A DNA stretch of 64,000 nt, taken from the NCBI RefSeq assembly GCF_006345805.1, contig NC_043000.1, positions 47,306,001-47,370,000 of the forward strand, given 5' to 3'. Every line of letters starts with the position of its first letter. Position 1 is the first letter of the stretch. Shown here piece by piece: positions 39,220 through 52,616 of this stretch. The position numbers and the translations under genes were made by a program. The DNA is from Octopus sinensis (lineage: Eukaryota). The notes below the pieces were generated by a model. It saw only the letters and a program-made list of their open reading frames with translations, was not told the DNA's origin and ran no database searches.

Positions 39220-42200
39220 TAGCAACTGTGAAGAATTACGTCGACCCTACCTTGCCTGTTTGTGGGTACCAGATTTAATCTATCTTCCGCCCAGAGGATA
39301 AAGCACCAACTCCCGATTCTGCTGCGTTTGTGAAATAGTTCAGTCCACTAGAAATATTCGGAATAAGTTTCTTGTCAGAAGCTTTATCATTATAATGATC
39401 CAGTATTTTTTATTACTACAGTTGAAAAGTAATGATCGTATCCTTCCTTCTGATGCAAAATCGCATTCGTCCCTTTTTGCGTTTTTTTTTTCCTTCATGA
39501 AGGCTGACAATGATTCCGAGGTGGAAGTAAATTTGTCTCAAGAGATGTGAGGAAAAAACCTAATCTACATGAGACACACACAACATATATACAAACACGC
39601 ACACACACACATACACACAAATACACACACTTATGTATAAATGTGTGCAAACAGACACACATATATGTATGTGTCTGTAATGTATATGTATATATATATA
39701 TATATGTATGTTTTTATGTGTGTATGTACATGTGTGTGAGAGCGAGTGTGTGTTTGTGTGCGTGTGTGTTTGTTTGTGTGTGTGTATGTATGTGTGTGTG
39801 CGCAAGAGTTCGTAGAACTGAAAACAGACAGGACTTATCAAAATAGAAAATGCATAGAATTCTTCAGAAGCTCAACGCTTGATAGAAAGCATAAACCGTT
39901 TTAACTGTTAAGCAATTCAATATCGCTTTTATACCACTGGAAACCATTTGCACGAATGCATGCTTGCGTTTGAAAAGAACGCTTTTTAGTTTAGTGTATG
40001 AAGTCAAAACGTAGGTGAAAGTGATCAATTCTATTAGTATGTAGCATTACTCAGCATTCGAAACCTTGTAACAGGCAAAGTTCACAGTATATGAAGTAAT
40101 TGCGACTTTGACAATTTTGGCCTATATCACAGCCAATCGATGTTGTGGTAATATTTTGTGGTAACAACATTAATGGAGAATCTCTTGTCGTTTCGCGGCA
40201 AATCATGGTTATATTTCCAGACGCATGGAAAAAACAAGGAAGAGTTTTCATTCATGCTTCCGTGCTTAGCCTTTAGCCCTATCACTCCGACCACGTGTAA
40301 ATATGATCACCTCTCACTAAATATATATTCTCAAACATTAGCTACTGGTATTCAGCATAACAGCTTTAGCTGTTGTAAAGTAACAATCGTAGCATCAGTT
40401 ATAAATAAACATGTTCATAAAAACTAAATGTTGTCATTGATATAATTTGGGAGTGGTATACTGCCAGTTGAAGCAATCAAGCTCCTAGCTTACCACAAAC
40501 ACAAGCGAATGGATTCCTAAGTTATTATTCTATTAGCTGATACAAAATTTCAAGAGATTCCGAATGGCGAGCTAATTTCGCGAATAGGAATGGGTGCTTT
40601 AATCATGATTCTATTGGGGCTCCGATTCTGCACGCTAGTGATATATATTTTCCAGGTTCTTTATTTTGTTAATTTTCATAAAATTGAAGTGGCTGCCGAG
40701 TTAAATCATGCTGCAACCCGGATCCGTCCACGAACCATCTGTTTGACACTCGTGCATTAGAGCATTGGGAAAAATATCATACGTTATTGCTTCCGGCTGT
40801 TTCCTTTTCAAAACCCGCAGAAGGCAGTTTTACCATGCGCTCCACTGTTTCGATGAAATAAAGTACCACCCAATTAACGGGGCTGATTTAATCGATTATC
40901 TCATTTACAAAAATGCTGGCTTTGTGCTCAAATTAGAGTAAATTCTTATTACCACTATCACCTGAATGAATTATGGGCCTTTAGATTTTCATTCCTTGCC
41001 GTCCTGAAAAGTAATATATATTAATTTTCCTCCAGGCAGTTCTGTTTTAGCAGTGAAATGCCGCAATGTAAAAATATTTTATATCTTTTTTATGCGTCAA
41101 TATGAAAAAGACATTGCAACTAATCAAATGAGAGCACTCAACCAATTTGTTTTTGATACCTTCAACAATCTACTCGTATATTGAATGTTCTTTTAGTGCA
41201 TTAGTTTGACGATATACTTATGTTTGGGGAGGAGGGAGTGTTCCTGAAGAATTTCCCCGCTGTCTCTGAAAGTACCGATCTGTATACAGCTGGCGACAAA
41301 AAGCATTTATCGTGTAGTTATCAATCTAAGCATTTACATTACACGAACTATACAATTCTGTTTGTTTATTTATTCATTAAATTACTAAATCGTCGGGACC
41401 GGCAAGATAATTCTTACTCTGAAAATCCTTAATGAATGTGAAACAGCCATGAGTTATCTCCCGTAATTTTCAAAAAGAATAGATAATATTAGTTACCAAC
41501 TATTGCTTTCGCCAAATCTTTGATCTTTAACAGTTTTTTTTAATGCTTCATTCACTGAAGTTGCTTTCAGTAACTTTGCTATCGTTTATCATGCAGATGG
41601 CAGCTGAGAATCGTTTAATATTTAAACAATTATATGTATTTTTGTTTACGCCAATACGTATAGAGTTCTATAAGCAATTGTATTAAAAATCTCAGACTTG
41701 TACTTCCATTGAAGGTCAAACATTTAGTGGCAAATGGTAAGGGCGACTATGACTACCTCAATACTTGAATGCTACCTTAAATTAATGAGCCTCAGAAGGA
41801 TGAAAAGTTGATAATAGAGAGATCTGAGTTCAGAACATAAAAATATACAACTAAAAGCTGAAAATCCTTTTGCCTGTCTACTGATTCAGTGCATCTCCTA
41901 ATAACATTAGACATAACCACCGGTTTCAGTCAGAGAAATACGAACACGTCCACATACGAGATTCAATCAATGTATTTAGCACTTGCTGAGCATTATTAAT
42001 TATACTCCAAAACGTCATCTATTCCTTCTTTTAAAATTCAGTTCTTTCAGTAGAACCAGCCCATATAGTCACATGCGGATCTCAACTATCATCGTACACA
42101 TCACTACATTACCAACGATTATAAACAAAATGTGTAGGATTGCCCTCTAAACATTTTATCTTCTGTTTGGTCAGAAATAGAAGTACAGCTTCCATGATCT

Positions 42201-42406
42201 TTCTTTTAATAACCTCTGAGACTGATGAGTGATAGGTGTAAATTATAATCAAATCAGAGGCGTAGTCGGAATAATTGCAACAGAGCGAAATTCGCTGAAG
42301 GTACCAATGATCGGATGGTGGTAACAAATTAAGCCTACCATTCAAGAACTCAAAACAAATAGCCAGACGAATAGCGTTAAGCGTCACATCCGAGGATTTT
42401 ACAACT

Positions 42407-42558
42407 CCATTAACCCTGGTCTAATACTTTGTATTATCGACCCCTGAAACGACGAAAGATAAAGTTAATCTCGGCAAGATTTGAACTCAGAACGTGAGGA
42501 CTGGACTAAGCATTACAAGTCATTTTGTCCTACGCTCAAATGATACTGCCACTTCGTC
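42407..42558 (-). mobile_element. SINE family 2, partial copy
   Basis: Contains ATTATCGACCCC...GATTTGAACTCAGAACG. Confidence 0.7.
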
Positions 42559-44686
42559 ATACGAAAGACAATATAAGACACATACTGATTTTACTTAAAG
42601 ATTTTTGTTCTTTTCTTTTCAGAATTTCCATTGGATATGGGTAGAATTACTGGAGTATTTGAAAAATGCCTTTTGGTATGTAACCATGTACTATATGTTA
42701 CACTCCTGGTTCAAATTCTATCAAGTTTGCCTTTGCTTTTCATTGTTCTAAAGTGAATGAGTTAAGTATTGATTTAATTACTCTTCCGTTTATCCTTATT
42801 ATGTTGCTATGTCTACTTTAGAAATCCTTAGATAGAAGAATCGATAGATCATCTACCTCTAGCCTGCAGACGTGCAGCCATTTGTCAGTCACTGTGTATC
42901 TCTCTCCCCCGATCTCCCCGATCTCCCCGATCTCCCCGATCTCTCTCCCCCCTCTCTCTCCCTCCTCTTTCTCTCTCTCTCTCTCTCTCTGCTGGTTTCT
43001 ACGACTACAACAAAGTCTCTTTTCCTCAAGGCTAGTTGGTCTCGTGCCATCTCTACTCTCTAGAACTTCCGAATCACTTGTCACCTATATTAAGACCATT
43101 CCACAAACGTCACATTAACTACAACGCTTAACAGTTCCCTCACAAATCTTTTGAAATTCCTTAAATATATGAATCTTTTCCTACCTTCATCGATTTCAAA
43201 CTGTTCAATAAGCAAACGTTAAACACGCTTTAATCACATTCCAACACATTAGCGCCTGACATCGGGCATAAACAATAACAATAATAGTAATAATCAGTTT
43301 AAGATTATTCGAATGTAAATATCATATATGATAACACAATATGGTATGTTGAGACCTCAGTTTATTTGTGAATCGAGGGTGCATGCATAAAATATTAATC
43401 TGTTTCTTCTTAAATCGTTAACAAAATTTTCACTGATATACAATTATTGAATGTGTGTTCTATGACCTACTAAGTCATGGCAATGCAAGAGAATACACTC
43501 ACAATGGAGGTATCTATAAAATATCAATTAAAAGCCCTTCGGCAAAATTATAGGGTGAGAATTCGTGAGGTTTTAATGCTGATCTTTGACATGTCAACTT
43601 TCTTCGAACCATAGCCACAGAAATAGTTGAACTCAGATTAGCATCGCAACCTAATAAAATAATTTAGTATATAATAACGAACTGACAAATAAAAGTAGAG
43701 TAAATTCAAATAGATCGTTAATTGGCACAGTGTCTGCTTTCAGTGGTTTGATGTCTAGCTCAATGTCACATTGACATGTCGCTGTCAAAACAAAGACAGC
43801 TCAATACTAATATTGACTTACACCTTGATATTACAAATAAACACAAAAAGAGAAGAGAATAAAGAATGAAACAAAGAAAGAAAACTGATCAAAATGCGTA
43901 ACCTTCATTGATGCTAAAATGTTGATGCAGATTGTTCTGTAGTTTGCCGGAGGTCATTTAGAATTACTAATAAAGGAATAGTAAAAGATATTTACTGGCC
44001 TGAAACTGGCAACTAGTGGACATAATTAATTATGTTGAGTGCATCCTAAGAAGAGCCAACTTGATTAAAATTCTAGATTCTATGCCAGTTGCGTGATTGC
44101 TGGAAAATTCAGAGTGGTACACTCAATATTTAATTCTACAGTAGGTGTAAATACTTTTTAAGTATAGAAATATATATGAAAATATGAGCATGGGTGCAGA
44201 CATTACCGCAGATATGGCTGCACGGTTAAAAACACGTCCATACTAAATCGTATGGTTAAGTAGCTTACACACACACGTGCATAAATATATACATACACAC
44301 ATGTGTGTGGAGGAGTATAAAGCGGTTTGTCGAACAAAAAGATCCAAGTTTTCTTCATAATACATTGCTTTACGTCCGTCTACAGTAAAAGGCGTTTTCG
44401 CTATTCAATAAGAAGAGAGATCAACTTGAATACGAGTAAGGAAAATATTGAGTTTGATAAGGTAATTGTTGTCCGAAAATATTAAAAGTAACAGAAGAAA
44501 CGGAAGAATAGGTTTTTATGAATTCACAGAAATGATGCTTGAACTATATCGATACATACATACATACATACACACACAAACACATTCATATACATATACA
44601 TACATATATATATGTGTGTGTGTGTGTGTATGTGTTTATATGTAAATATTATGTATCTACATATACATACATATATTATATAATTT

Positions 44687-44726
<40 letters not shown>

Positions 44727-45362
44727 TTAATAGTAAATATTAGGGAAAAATCAGATTTAGGATTGAATCCAATTAAATAGTAAAATTTTGTCTCTAATTT
44801 AATATATAGGCAGTCGTCGTGAAAAGACGTACTTTTTATAGCTCCCGTCAGTAACTAACCAAAGAAGTATTTTTCAACTCAATTTAACTCAACTCAACTC
44901 AACTCAAGCTAACATAATCTCTCCTTGTCTTTAATCTCAAGACGTTTGAACTCTACAATCCTACTATACTACTCTTTTACTACCATCGGAGGATAAATTT
45001 ATACAAATCTATACACAACCTGAAGAAAGAGGAACAACCCAAAACTAAATACTAAACCCAAGACTAGTTCTAAAACTAGTCCCGTGAGTACAATTCTTTT
45101 TTCTTGGTCTGTATCAAACACACCGCTCATCCCGATTGTACTAATTACACTGAACTCTCACACACACAAGCCACGAATTTCCGAGTATATCGACACAAAC
45201 TTTCCAACGGTGTATTCACTATTTACCGAGTATATCGACACAATCTTTTCAACAGTGTGTTCACTATTTTACATCAAGCCATCAATAACTGGTGTACACA
45301 TACATACACACGCATACACATACATACATATATATATTACACAACACACTACCCCACTGAAT

Positions 45363-46633
45363 ATGGCCAATAATTTTCAAAAACGCCGCTGGTTGAAAAT
45401 GAAATTACTGCAATGATTAACGCTTGGTTCATCCATCACAACGAAGCTAATGTTTATAGCAAAATAACTGAGGATTTAACGAAAAAATCCTTTCACAGAT
45501 CTGTAAAACAGATAGAAAATAAATTAAAAGAAATTGTTAGGATATTCCCTATTTTTCACGCGCACATGGCTACACTAAAAGCCATTCTTGCCAACGAATC
45601 CAGTACAACAAATGACCAAATCCCAACAGGTCAGTGGTCACTTCAACAGCAACAATCAACTGACCTACTTCCATTGACAACAGCACCTGATGAACCAAGT
45701 CAAGTCTCACCTTCGCTACAGCAACAAAAACAACAGCAACAACACTCTAATACTACCACTAGTCAAGTTCCAATGCTGCTACAACTCCCCACTACTGCCA
45801 CAATAGGAAAACCACTACTACATCCGCGTAAAACCATCTGCCACTACTACTCTCAAGGCAGCTGCAGATTTGACCACATACTGGCAAGCCAGAACCCACC
45901 ATCACAAAATCAACAAGCTGCTTCTAACACCACCACCACCACCACCACTACTACTACTGCCAAAATAGAAAAACCACTACTACAACCAAATAAAAACCCC
46001 TGCCGTTACTATTCTAAAGGCACTTGTAGATTTGGCCCCAGCGGCACAAACAAAAATGGACGCTGTGCTTTTCCCCACCCGACCTTATGTCGTAGACTTG
46101 CTATGGGCACCTGTCCATACGGTATAACAGGAAAAAATTGCCCCCACCTCCACCCCAAATACTGTCCTAAATACAGAATCTATGGTTCTGACCCTAAATA
46201 CGGATGCATAAGAGGCAATGGATGCACCTTATTCCATCCTAAACTGTGCCAAACTTCTGTCTCACAAAGGATGTGCCTGAACCCAGAATGCAACAACCAC
46301 CATCTGAAGGGCACAAAACGATCACAGAATAGATATGAACAGGAACAGAGGAAATCTAGGACAACAACAAGAACAAAATACAACCACGTTTCCCCTCCTA
46401 CAATCAAACTACGTAGACAGAACCAGGAAAAAACACCAAATAACGCCAACTTGAAATATGTATCCTCTGACCAAGTGGCAAACCAAACAAGTAACTCTTT
46501 TTTACTGACATACCTGGAAAATATGAAGGCCGACCTAAGCCAGGAGATCCAGCGAGCCATCACCAACCATCTATGCAAATCACAAGGACCACTCACCCAT
46601 TACCAACTTCCCTTACCTCGACATTCCTGTTAA
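45363..46633 (+). CDS. LINE ORF1: Myb/SANT-like N-terminus, Q/T-rich linker, tandem CCCH zinc fingers (1-bp frameshift at about 45392)
   Basis: ORF 45413..46633 is open. The upstream ATG at 45363 joins it if one G is restored at TGG|GTT. Fingers are C-x7-C-x12-C-x3-H, C-x7-C-x8-C-x3-H, C-x13-C-x5-C-x3-H and C-x8-C-x4-C-x3-H, joined by HPxxC linkers. Confidence 0.82.
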
Positions 46634-49595
46634 ATGTACGTGGCATCAACCCATCAATTATTGCCCAAAAATGGAAGATCCCATATATAGAGAGTTGGCT
46701 TGCCGAAATGGCACATTGCTTCCCTTTCTTTATCCTTACCGAGACTCACCTGAACAACACCCATATGGACGCAGAGGTGAAAATAAAAGATTTCACCATT
46801 GTTCGTGCGGATCGCACAGACCGAAATAAGGGAGGGACAGCCATCTTATCCATGACTCCTTTTCACTTGATGCCAAGGACACATTTTCCAATGGCTACTG
46901 TGAATCGGTATCAGTATACAACAAAGCCAAGGACATAACCATTGTTGGTCTCTACAGGCCTCCCCAGGCACCTCTAAAGTACTTTGAAGAGTGCCTTAGC
47001 AAAGTCAAGTCCTTCCTTCGGAAGTACCACTCCGGAAACAAAATAGTGATGGGTGATTTTAACCTCCCTCATGTGAACTGGCCCACAAATACTCCGAAGT
47101 TAGGCAAGTGCTCTACATCAGATAGGGCAGCAGCAGAACTGCTCTTTAATCTGATGGATGAGTATTTCCTGACTCAGCTAGTGCTTGAACCAACGAGACA
47201 GAATAAAACGATCTTGGATCTGGTACTGACCAATCACTCTAGCTACGTTCACAGCATTTCAGTCGAAAAAACTCTCCTCTCAGACCACGACATGGTACTC
47301 TGCAATCTTAATCCCGACGTATAAAAACCAAACCAGCCAATCCCACTCCATGGCACCCATTTGACAACATAAATTTCCACAAAGCGGACTGGGGAACAAT
47401 CAGAAAGGATCTGTCTTCCATCGACTGGTCTTTTACTCTCAATTCCCCTCATATTGAGACCGCGTGACAGCACTTTGAAACCATTGTCACCGACACATGC
47501 TCTAAACACGCTCCCAAGAAATCTACTAACACAAACAGAAACCGGCTCCCTAAAAAGAAAAAAACACTCATCAGGCGCATCAAAAGACTCAACAAAAAAA
47601 TCAACCAATTAAAATATTCCCACACGCAACATCCACATTCAACAACAATGAAAAGACTAGAGCTGGAAAAACTTCATCTGCAGACTAACATGAAAACCTC
47701 CATTGAAAATCAAAGAGCTGTGGAGGAACAATGGGTAATCAAAAACATCAAACAGAACCCAAAAGTGTTCTATTCTTATGCAAATAAGCATAGAACCACT
47801 GTCTCACCTATTGGGCCATTGATTGATGAAAACGGCATTCCCCAACACGATGCTAAAGAAATGGCAGAAATACTGCAGAAACAATATTGCTCTGTCTTCA
47901 GTGTTCCCACTGATATTGATGTGAGGGAAACGAACGAAGCTGACTCCCAAAACAAAATCGCAGACATAACCTTCACTGCCACCGACATCGTAGCAGCAAT
48001 AAATGAGGTCAAACATTACTCCGCTGTAGGCCCTGATAGATTTCCCGCCAGTCTCCTGAAGGAATGTAGATATCAACTTGCAGTCCCTCTGACCAACCTC
48101 TGGAGAAACTCGTTAGACGCAGGTTATATACCGAAAAAGTTTCTATCCCAGTCGGTCATCCCGGTTTTCAAACAGGGAAACAGATCCCTCGCAGTCAACT
48201 ATCGCCCAATCTCACTCACCTCCCACATCATTAAAGTGTTTGAAAGAGTGTTAAGATCAAGGATAGCTGACTTCCTGGAGACCCACAAACTCCTAAATTC
48301 AAATCAACATGGCTTTCGCTGTGGCAGGGACTGTCTAACACAGCTCTTACACCACATTGAAGATGTACTCAAAGCCTTGGGAACAGGTTCGAACTCTGAC
48401 GTCATATACCTTGACTTCAGTAAAGCGTTCGACAGGGTAGACCATAACATCCTACTCTCAAAATTGGCAAATGTTGGAATCCGTGGAAAAGTTCTACACT
48501 GGATTCAGTATTTCCTAGCGAATAGAACACAACATGTTGTAGTTGATGGAGTCCACTCAAACCCAGCAAAAGTCACCAGCGGTGTTCCCCAGGGAACTGT
48601 TTTGGGTCCGCTACTCTTCATAATTTATGTAAACGACCTTTCCAGTGTCGTACATCATTGCAAAGTGAAAATATTCGCTGATGACACTAAGCTCCAGCAA
48701 ATCGTCAATGAAGAAGCAGACCGAACTCAACTCCAGTCTGACCTATATGCTGTGAGTCAATGGGCAGACAGAAACAAAATGCAACTGAATGAGGGAAAAT
48801 TTGAGCTGATGCATTTTGGAAGAAATTCCTCACTAAAACAACCATACTCTCTTCCTTCAGGGGAACCGCTCACAGCCTCTAACAATATCAGAGACCTGGG
48901 TGTAATTGTTGATGACGATCTCAGTTGGAGTGCACACATCAACAAGAAGGTCGATACAGCTCGTAGGATGAGTTCCTGGATCTTAAGAACTTTCCGGTCC
49001 AGAGAACAAGGTGTCATCATACCACTTTTTTCATCCTTTGTACGGCCACACCTTGAATACTGCTGCCCACTGTGGTCTCCTCAAACAAGACAAAACATCT
49101 CCAGAATTGAGTCACCCCAGAGGGCTCTCACTAAACAAATTGAAGGCATGGCTGGTCTCGACTATTGGGATCGCCTTAAAGCCTTGAAACTTCACTCCCT
49201 CCAGCGTCGCCGTGAGCGGTACATCATTTGTACGATGTGGAAAATATACCACCAACTTTGCCCAAACGACCTAAACATTAGCTTCAAGGTTCATCCGAGA
49301 CTTGGACCACGGGCTATACGTCCCCTGCCAAATTCAAGATCACAACATACATGTACACTGCAACATAATTTCTTTTCCTCAACAGGCCCTGCCCTATTTA
49401 ACATTGTCCCGAGGGAGATCAAAGGGGAAAAGGATGCCATCAACTTCAAACAGAGTCTGGATAGATTCCTTCAAAGAATACCAGACAAGCCACCCATAAT
49501 TGGATACAACTCACCCAACAAGAACTCACTACTTGAACAAAACTGGATACAACTCACCCAACAAGAACTCACTACTTGAACAAAACTTGACTTAA
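46495..49595 (+). pseudogene. LINE ORF2 (APE endonuclease + reverse transcriptase), lightly disrupted
   Basis: APE motifs LNVRGI, LTETHL, DR..KGG, GDFNLP, LDLVLTN and SDHDMV. RT motifs NYRPISLTS, YLDFSKAFD, GVPQGTVLGPLLF and FADDTK. Lesions: 1-bp deletions at about 46848 and 47320, TGA at 47465..47467, and a 43-bp tandem duplication at 49502..49587. Confidence 0.92.
46498..46544 (+). promoter_or_regulatory. Candidate programmed -1 ribosomal frameshift signal
   Basis: T_TTT_TTA at 46498..46504 is in the ORF1 phase. The -1 frame opens after TAA 46492..46494. A CCTGG/CCAGG stem (46513..46517, 46540..46544) begins 8 nt downstream. Confidence 0.5.
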
Positions 49596-50110
49596 ACAGG
49601 ATTAGAATAATCCTATCAGGTGGTGCTATTAAGTTAGACATGGCCTGGACCAATCTCTGGTCGAAACATATCTAAGTTTTATCTAAGTTTTATATATATA
49701 TATATATATATGCTATACACGTTATGCTTCTAATAAACCGTGAGCCCTAAGAAAAACAGTATCCTCTTAGTTAAAGGTATCCGAACTAACATTTCATTTG
49801 TATTATAACAATAAGCAGAACATCCATGGATTAGATCTATCAATATATTTATATGCGTGAAGCAATTTAAGCAAGGGCTTTTACGACGAGTGTGTGATAA
49901 GCACACTTCACATAACCAGGAAAGTTCCAGTCCTGTACTCGCATTAAACACGGATTAAAAGTTTTTATAAATCGAACACAAAAACATGCTTTAATCAAAA
50001 AGCGTAGCTCTTACTATGAAAAAGATATACATTTAACAGATGCAACAACAATGTAAAATTTGTTTCATAATCAAAGAAATCGAAAACATCAATGCTTATT
50101 AGTATTATCG

Positions 50111-50491
50111 GAAGCACTCCGTCGGTAACGACGATGAGGGTTCCGCTTGATCCGATCAACGGAACAGCCTGCTCGTGAAATTAACGTGTAAGTGGCTGAG
50201 CACTCCACAGACACGTGTACCCTTAACGTAGTTCTCGGGGATATTCAGCGTGACACAGAGAGTGACAAGGCCGGCCCTTTGAAATACAGGTACATCAGAA
50301 ACAGGAAGTAAGAGTGAGAGAAAGTTGTGGTGAAAGAGTACAGCAGGGATCACCACCATCCCTGCCGGAGCCTCGTGGAGCTTTAGGTGTTTTCGCTCAA
50401 TAAACACTCACAACGCCCGGTCTGGGAATCGAAACCGCGATCCTATGACCGCGAGTCAGCTGCCCTAACCACTGGGCAATTGCGCCTCCAC
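50111..50491 (-). mobile_element. tRNA-derived SINE family 3, intact-looking
   Basis: Head GTGGAGGCGCAATTGCCCAGTGGTTAGGG...GGTTTCGATTCCC with a distinct body (GAGTGCTCAGCCACTTACACGTTAATTTCACGAGC). Possible Nin/Deu-like domain, unverified. Confidence 0.85.
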
Positions 50492-50589
50492 ATTAGTATT
50501 ATACCTTATACTAAAAGAAACCAGCAAATTTTAAAGTAGGAAATATGATTTACACATACAATAGAATAGATAAACACGATCTACATTCT

Positions 50590-51020
50590 CTTTTCCGCTT
50601 TTAGTTGTTTTCGTGATAGAACTGCGGCTATACTAAGCCACTAACTACTCTGTCGGATTAGTAGAACCAATAGATCACAGTTTTTTTTCGTTTTCTTTTT
50701 TAATTCCGGATACTTATTCCACCAATTTTTATTTTTTTTACTGAAACGCTAAGTCACAGGAGTGTAAATAAAAAGGTACGGTTGACAAGTGTTTGGGGTA
50801 AAAACATAAAAGTACACTCACGCACGCTCACATACGTGCATATACACGATAGATGTACACACACACACACACACACGCATACACACACAAATATGTAGAC
50901 AACGGACTTCCACAGAGCTTCCATCTATCAATTTAATTCACAAGGCATTGCCCGGGTTTTTCGCGAAATGGGACTGAATTTGAAACGACATGTTGTGAAG
51001 CGAATTTCTTAGCTATGTAG
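50590..51020 (-). mobile_element. SINE family 1, old degenerate copy
   Basis: Scattered matches such as CTGAAACGCTAAGTCACAGG, TTCACAAGGCATTG and GGGACTGAATT. Confidence 0.55.
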
Positions 51021-52079
51021 TAATTATTTGTGAACAAAGCGCTTTGTTTTCGGCAAATATTCAATCCGGAATCATCGATGATCTGATACACTCGCATTGA
51101 GTAATTTCTCTTTTAGTTATTAAACACTAGCCTGTACCTACATCCAACCCGACTGCTTGCGGTTGGGATGCTGTTTGTTGTATTCAGACGGGTTCGGTTT
51201 TAACCTTGCTACAATCATCGAAGTATTGCAATAAACTTCTAGTTTCATTTTCAGGAATATGCGAAAAGCAATGAAAAAGATTCCCCAGTTTCATTGTATA
51301 GGCTACCATTACTACTACAACTACAAGTGTTACTGCAGTTGCTGCTACCGTTGCCTTCACCACTGCTGCTACTACTGTTTCAAACGATGATGATAACTAT
51401 AATAATCGTATTGTATATTAATACAAGGTCTCAAAGTTTATAAAACTGATCTTGTATTATATAAATTTGCCATACTACTTAACTGCATCGCCCCATCAAA
51501 AGCACAAATAGACATTGACATATAATCTGCATGACTACACAATGCACTTCCTTAACTGCAATAATATAGCCCTGACTAAACATTTCCTGAAAACAATTGT
51601 AAGTTTATATTATTGTAATGATCAAATACTCAACAAAATTTTAATGAGATTTAAAAGGATCTGAGTTTAAAATGAACTAGAAGGTCTTTCAGTGCGTTGC
51701 CCATAACCAGATTCAAGAAGCACTAAGCATGAGTGAGAAGGTGTTAACGGCAAGCTAGTACATCAAACATAATTTGAATATATTGCAAACAAGTCTGAGG
51801 GTATTATGAAAACCTAATCTATCTTTATGAGGACAATATTCGAAGACTTTCACTATATTACTCTCTCTCTCTCTTTCTCTTTCTTTCTTTCTTTCTTTCT
51901 GACTGTACCTCTCCCTATCTGTCTCTTCATTTATTTTCTGTATGGCATTAATATGATTAACCAGCATCCAAAACAAGAGTGGATACAAATATCATGAGAG
52001 GTCATTCAACCAACTTTTGAATATATCAAGTCGTACGTTGCCGATGCCGAATGATTGAAATCAATGTTACATACATTTC

Positions 52080-52461
52080 ACTCATTCAGAAACTGGAATT
52101 AAATTTAGTTTAGAAAACTTGTACTAAGGCAACTTTGAAAAGTGGAAAATTAATAAAGACCACTAATATTATGTTAGACAAAGATAAGACAGAGATAAGT
52201 AAATTAGACCAAACACAGACTTACAGTCACTTAGAAATTAATGAACCAAACGAAGTTCAACACACGCGAATGATAAGGTTAAGAAGGATTATAATGGCAT
52301 CATTATATTAATACGTAAAACAGAGTGATAAGGAAAATATAAGATACTATGTACCAATACTCTAGCCTTTCTAGTAATCAATCGTAGTTGTGATAGTCTC
52401 AGCAGAAGGCTAAACTAATTAAAAAGGCTAGGCAGAAATAAAAAAAACACACAATAATGAC

Positions 52462-52536
<75 letters not shown>

Positions 52537-52548
52537 TAATAATAATAA

Positions 52549-52616
<68 letters not shown>

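Larger units (their letters stand above)
44809..49691 (+). mobile_element. Near full-length CR1-group (APE-RT) LINE
   Basis: ORF1 plus APE-RT ORF2, a 3' hairpin GACCA/TGGTC, and a tandem tail (ATCTAAGTTTT)x2 at 49670..49691 running into (TA)n. The 5' boundary is inferred from strand composition and the adjacent TA-rich repeat. Confidence 0.93.

Noticed and set aside
42905-42945. (CTCCCCGAT)x4 and other short direct repeats (8523..8568; 45181..45270) as CRISPR-like or coding repeats
   Set aside because: They are simple tandem duplications without unique spacers or cas genes, in a eukaryotic context.
43585-43790. TGACATGTCA palindromes as p53-type sites
   Set aside because: Isolated short matches are expected by chance or from transposon subterminal motifs, and no paired consensus is present.
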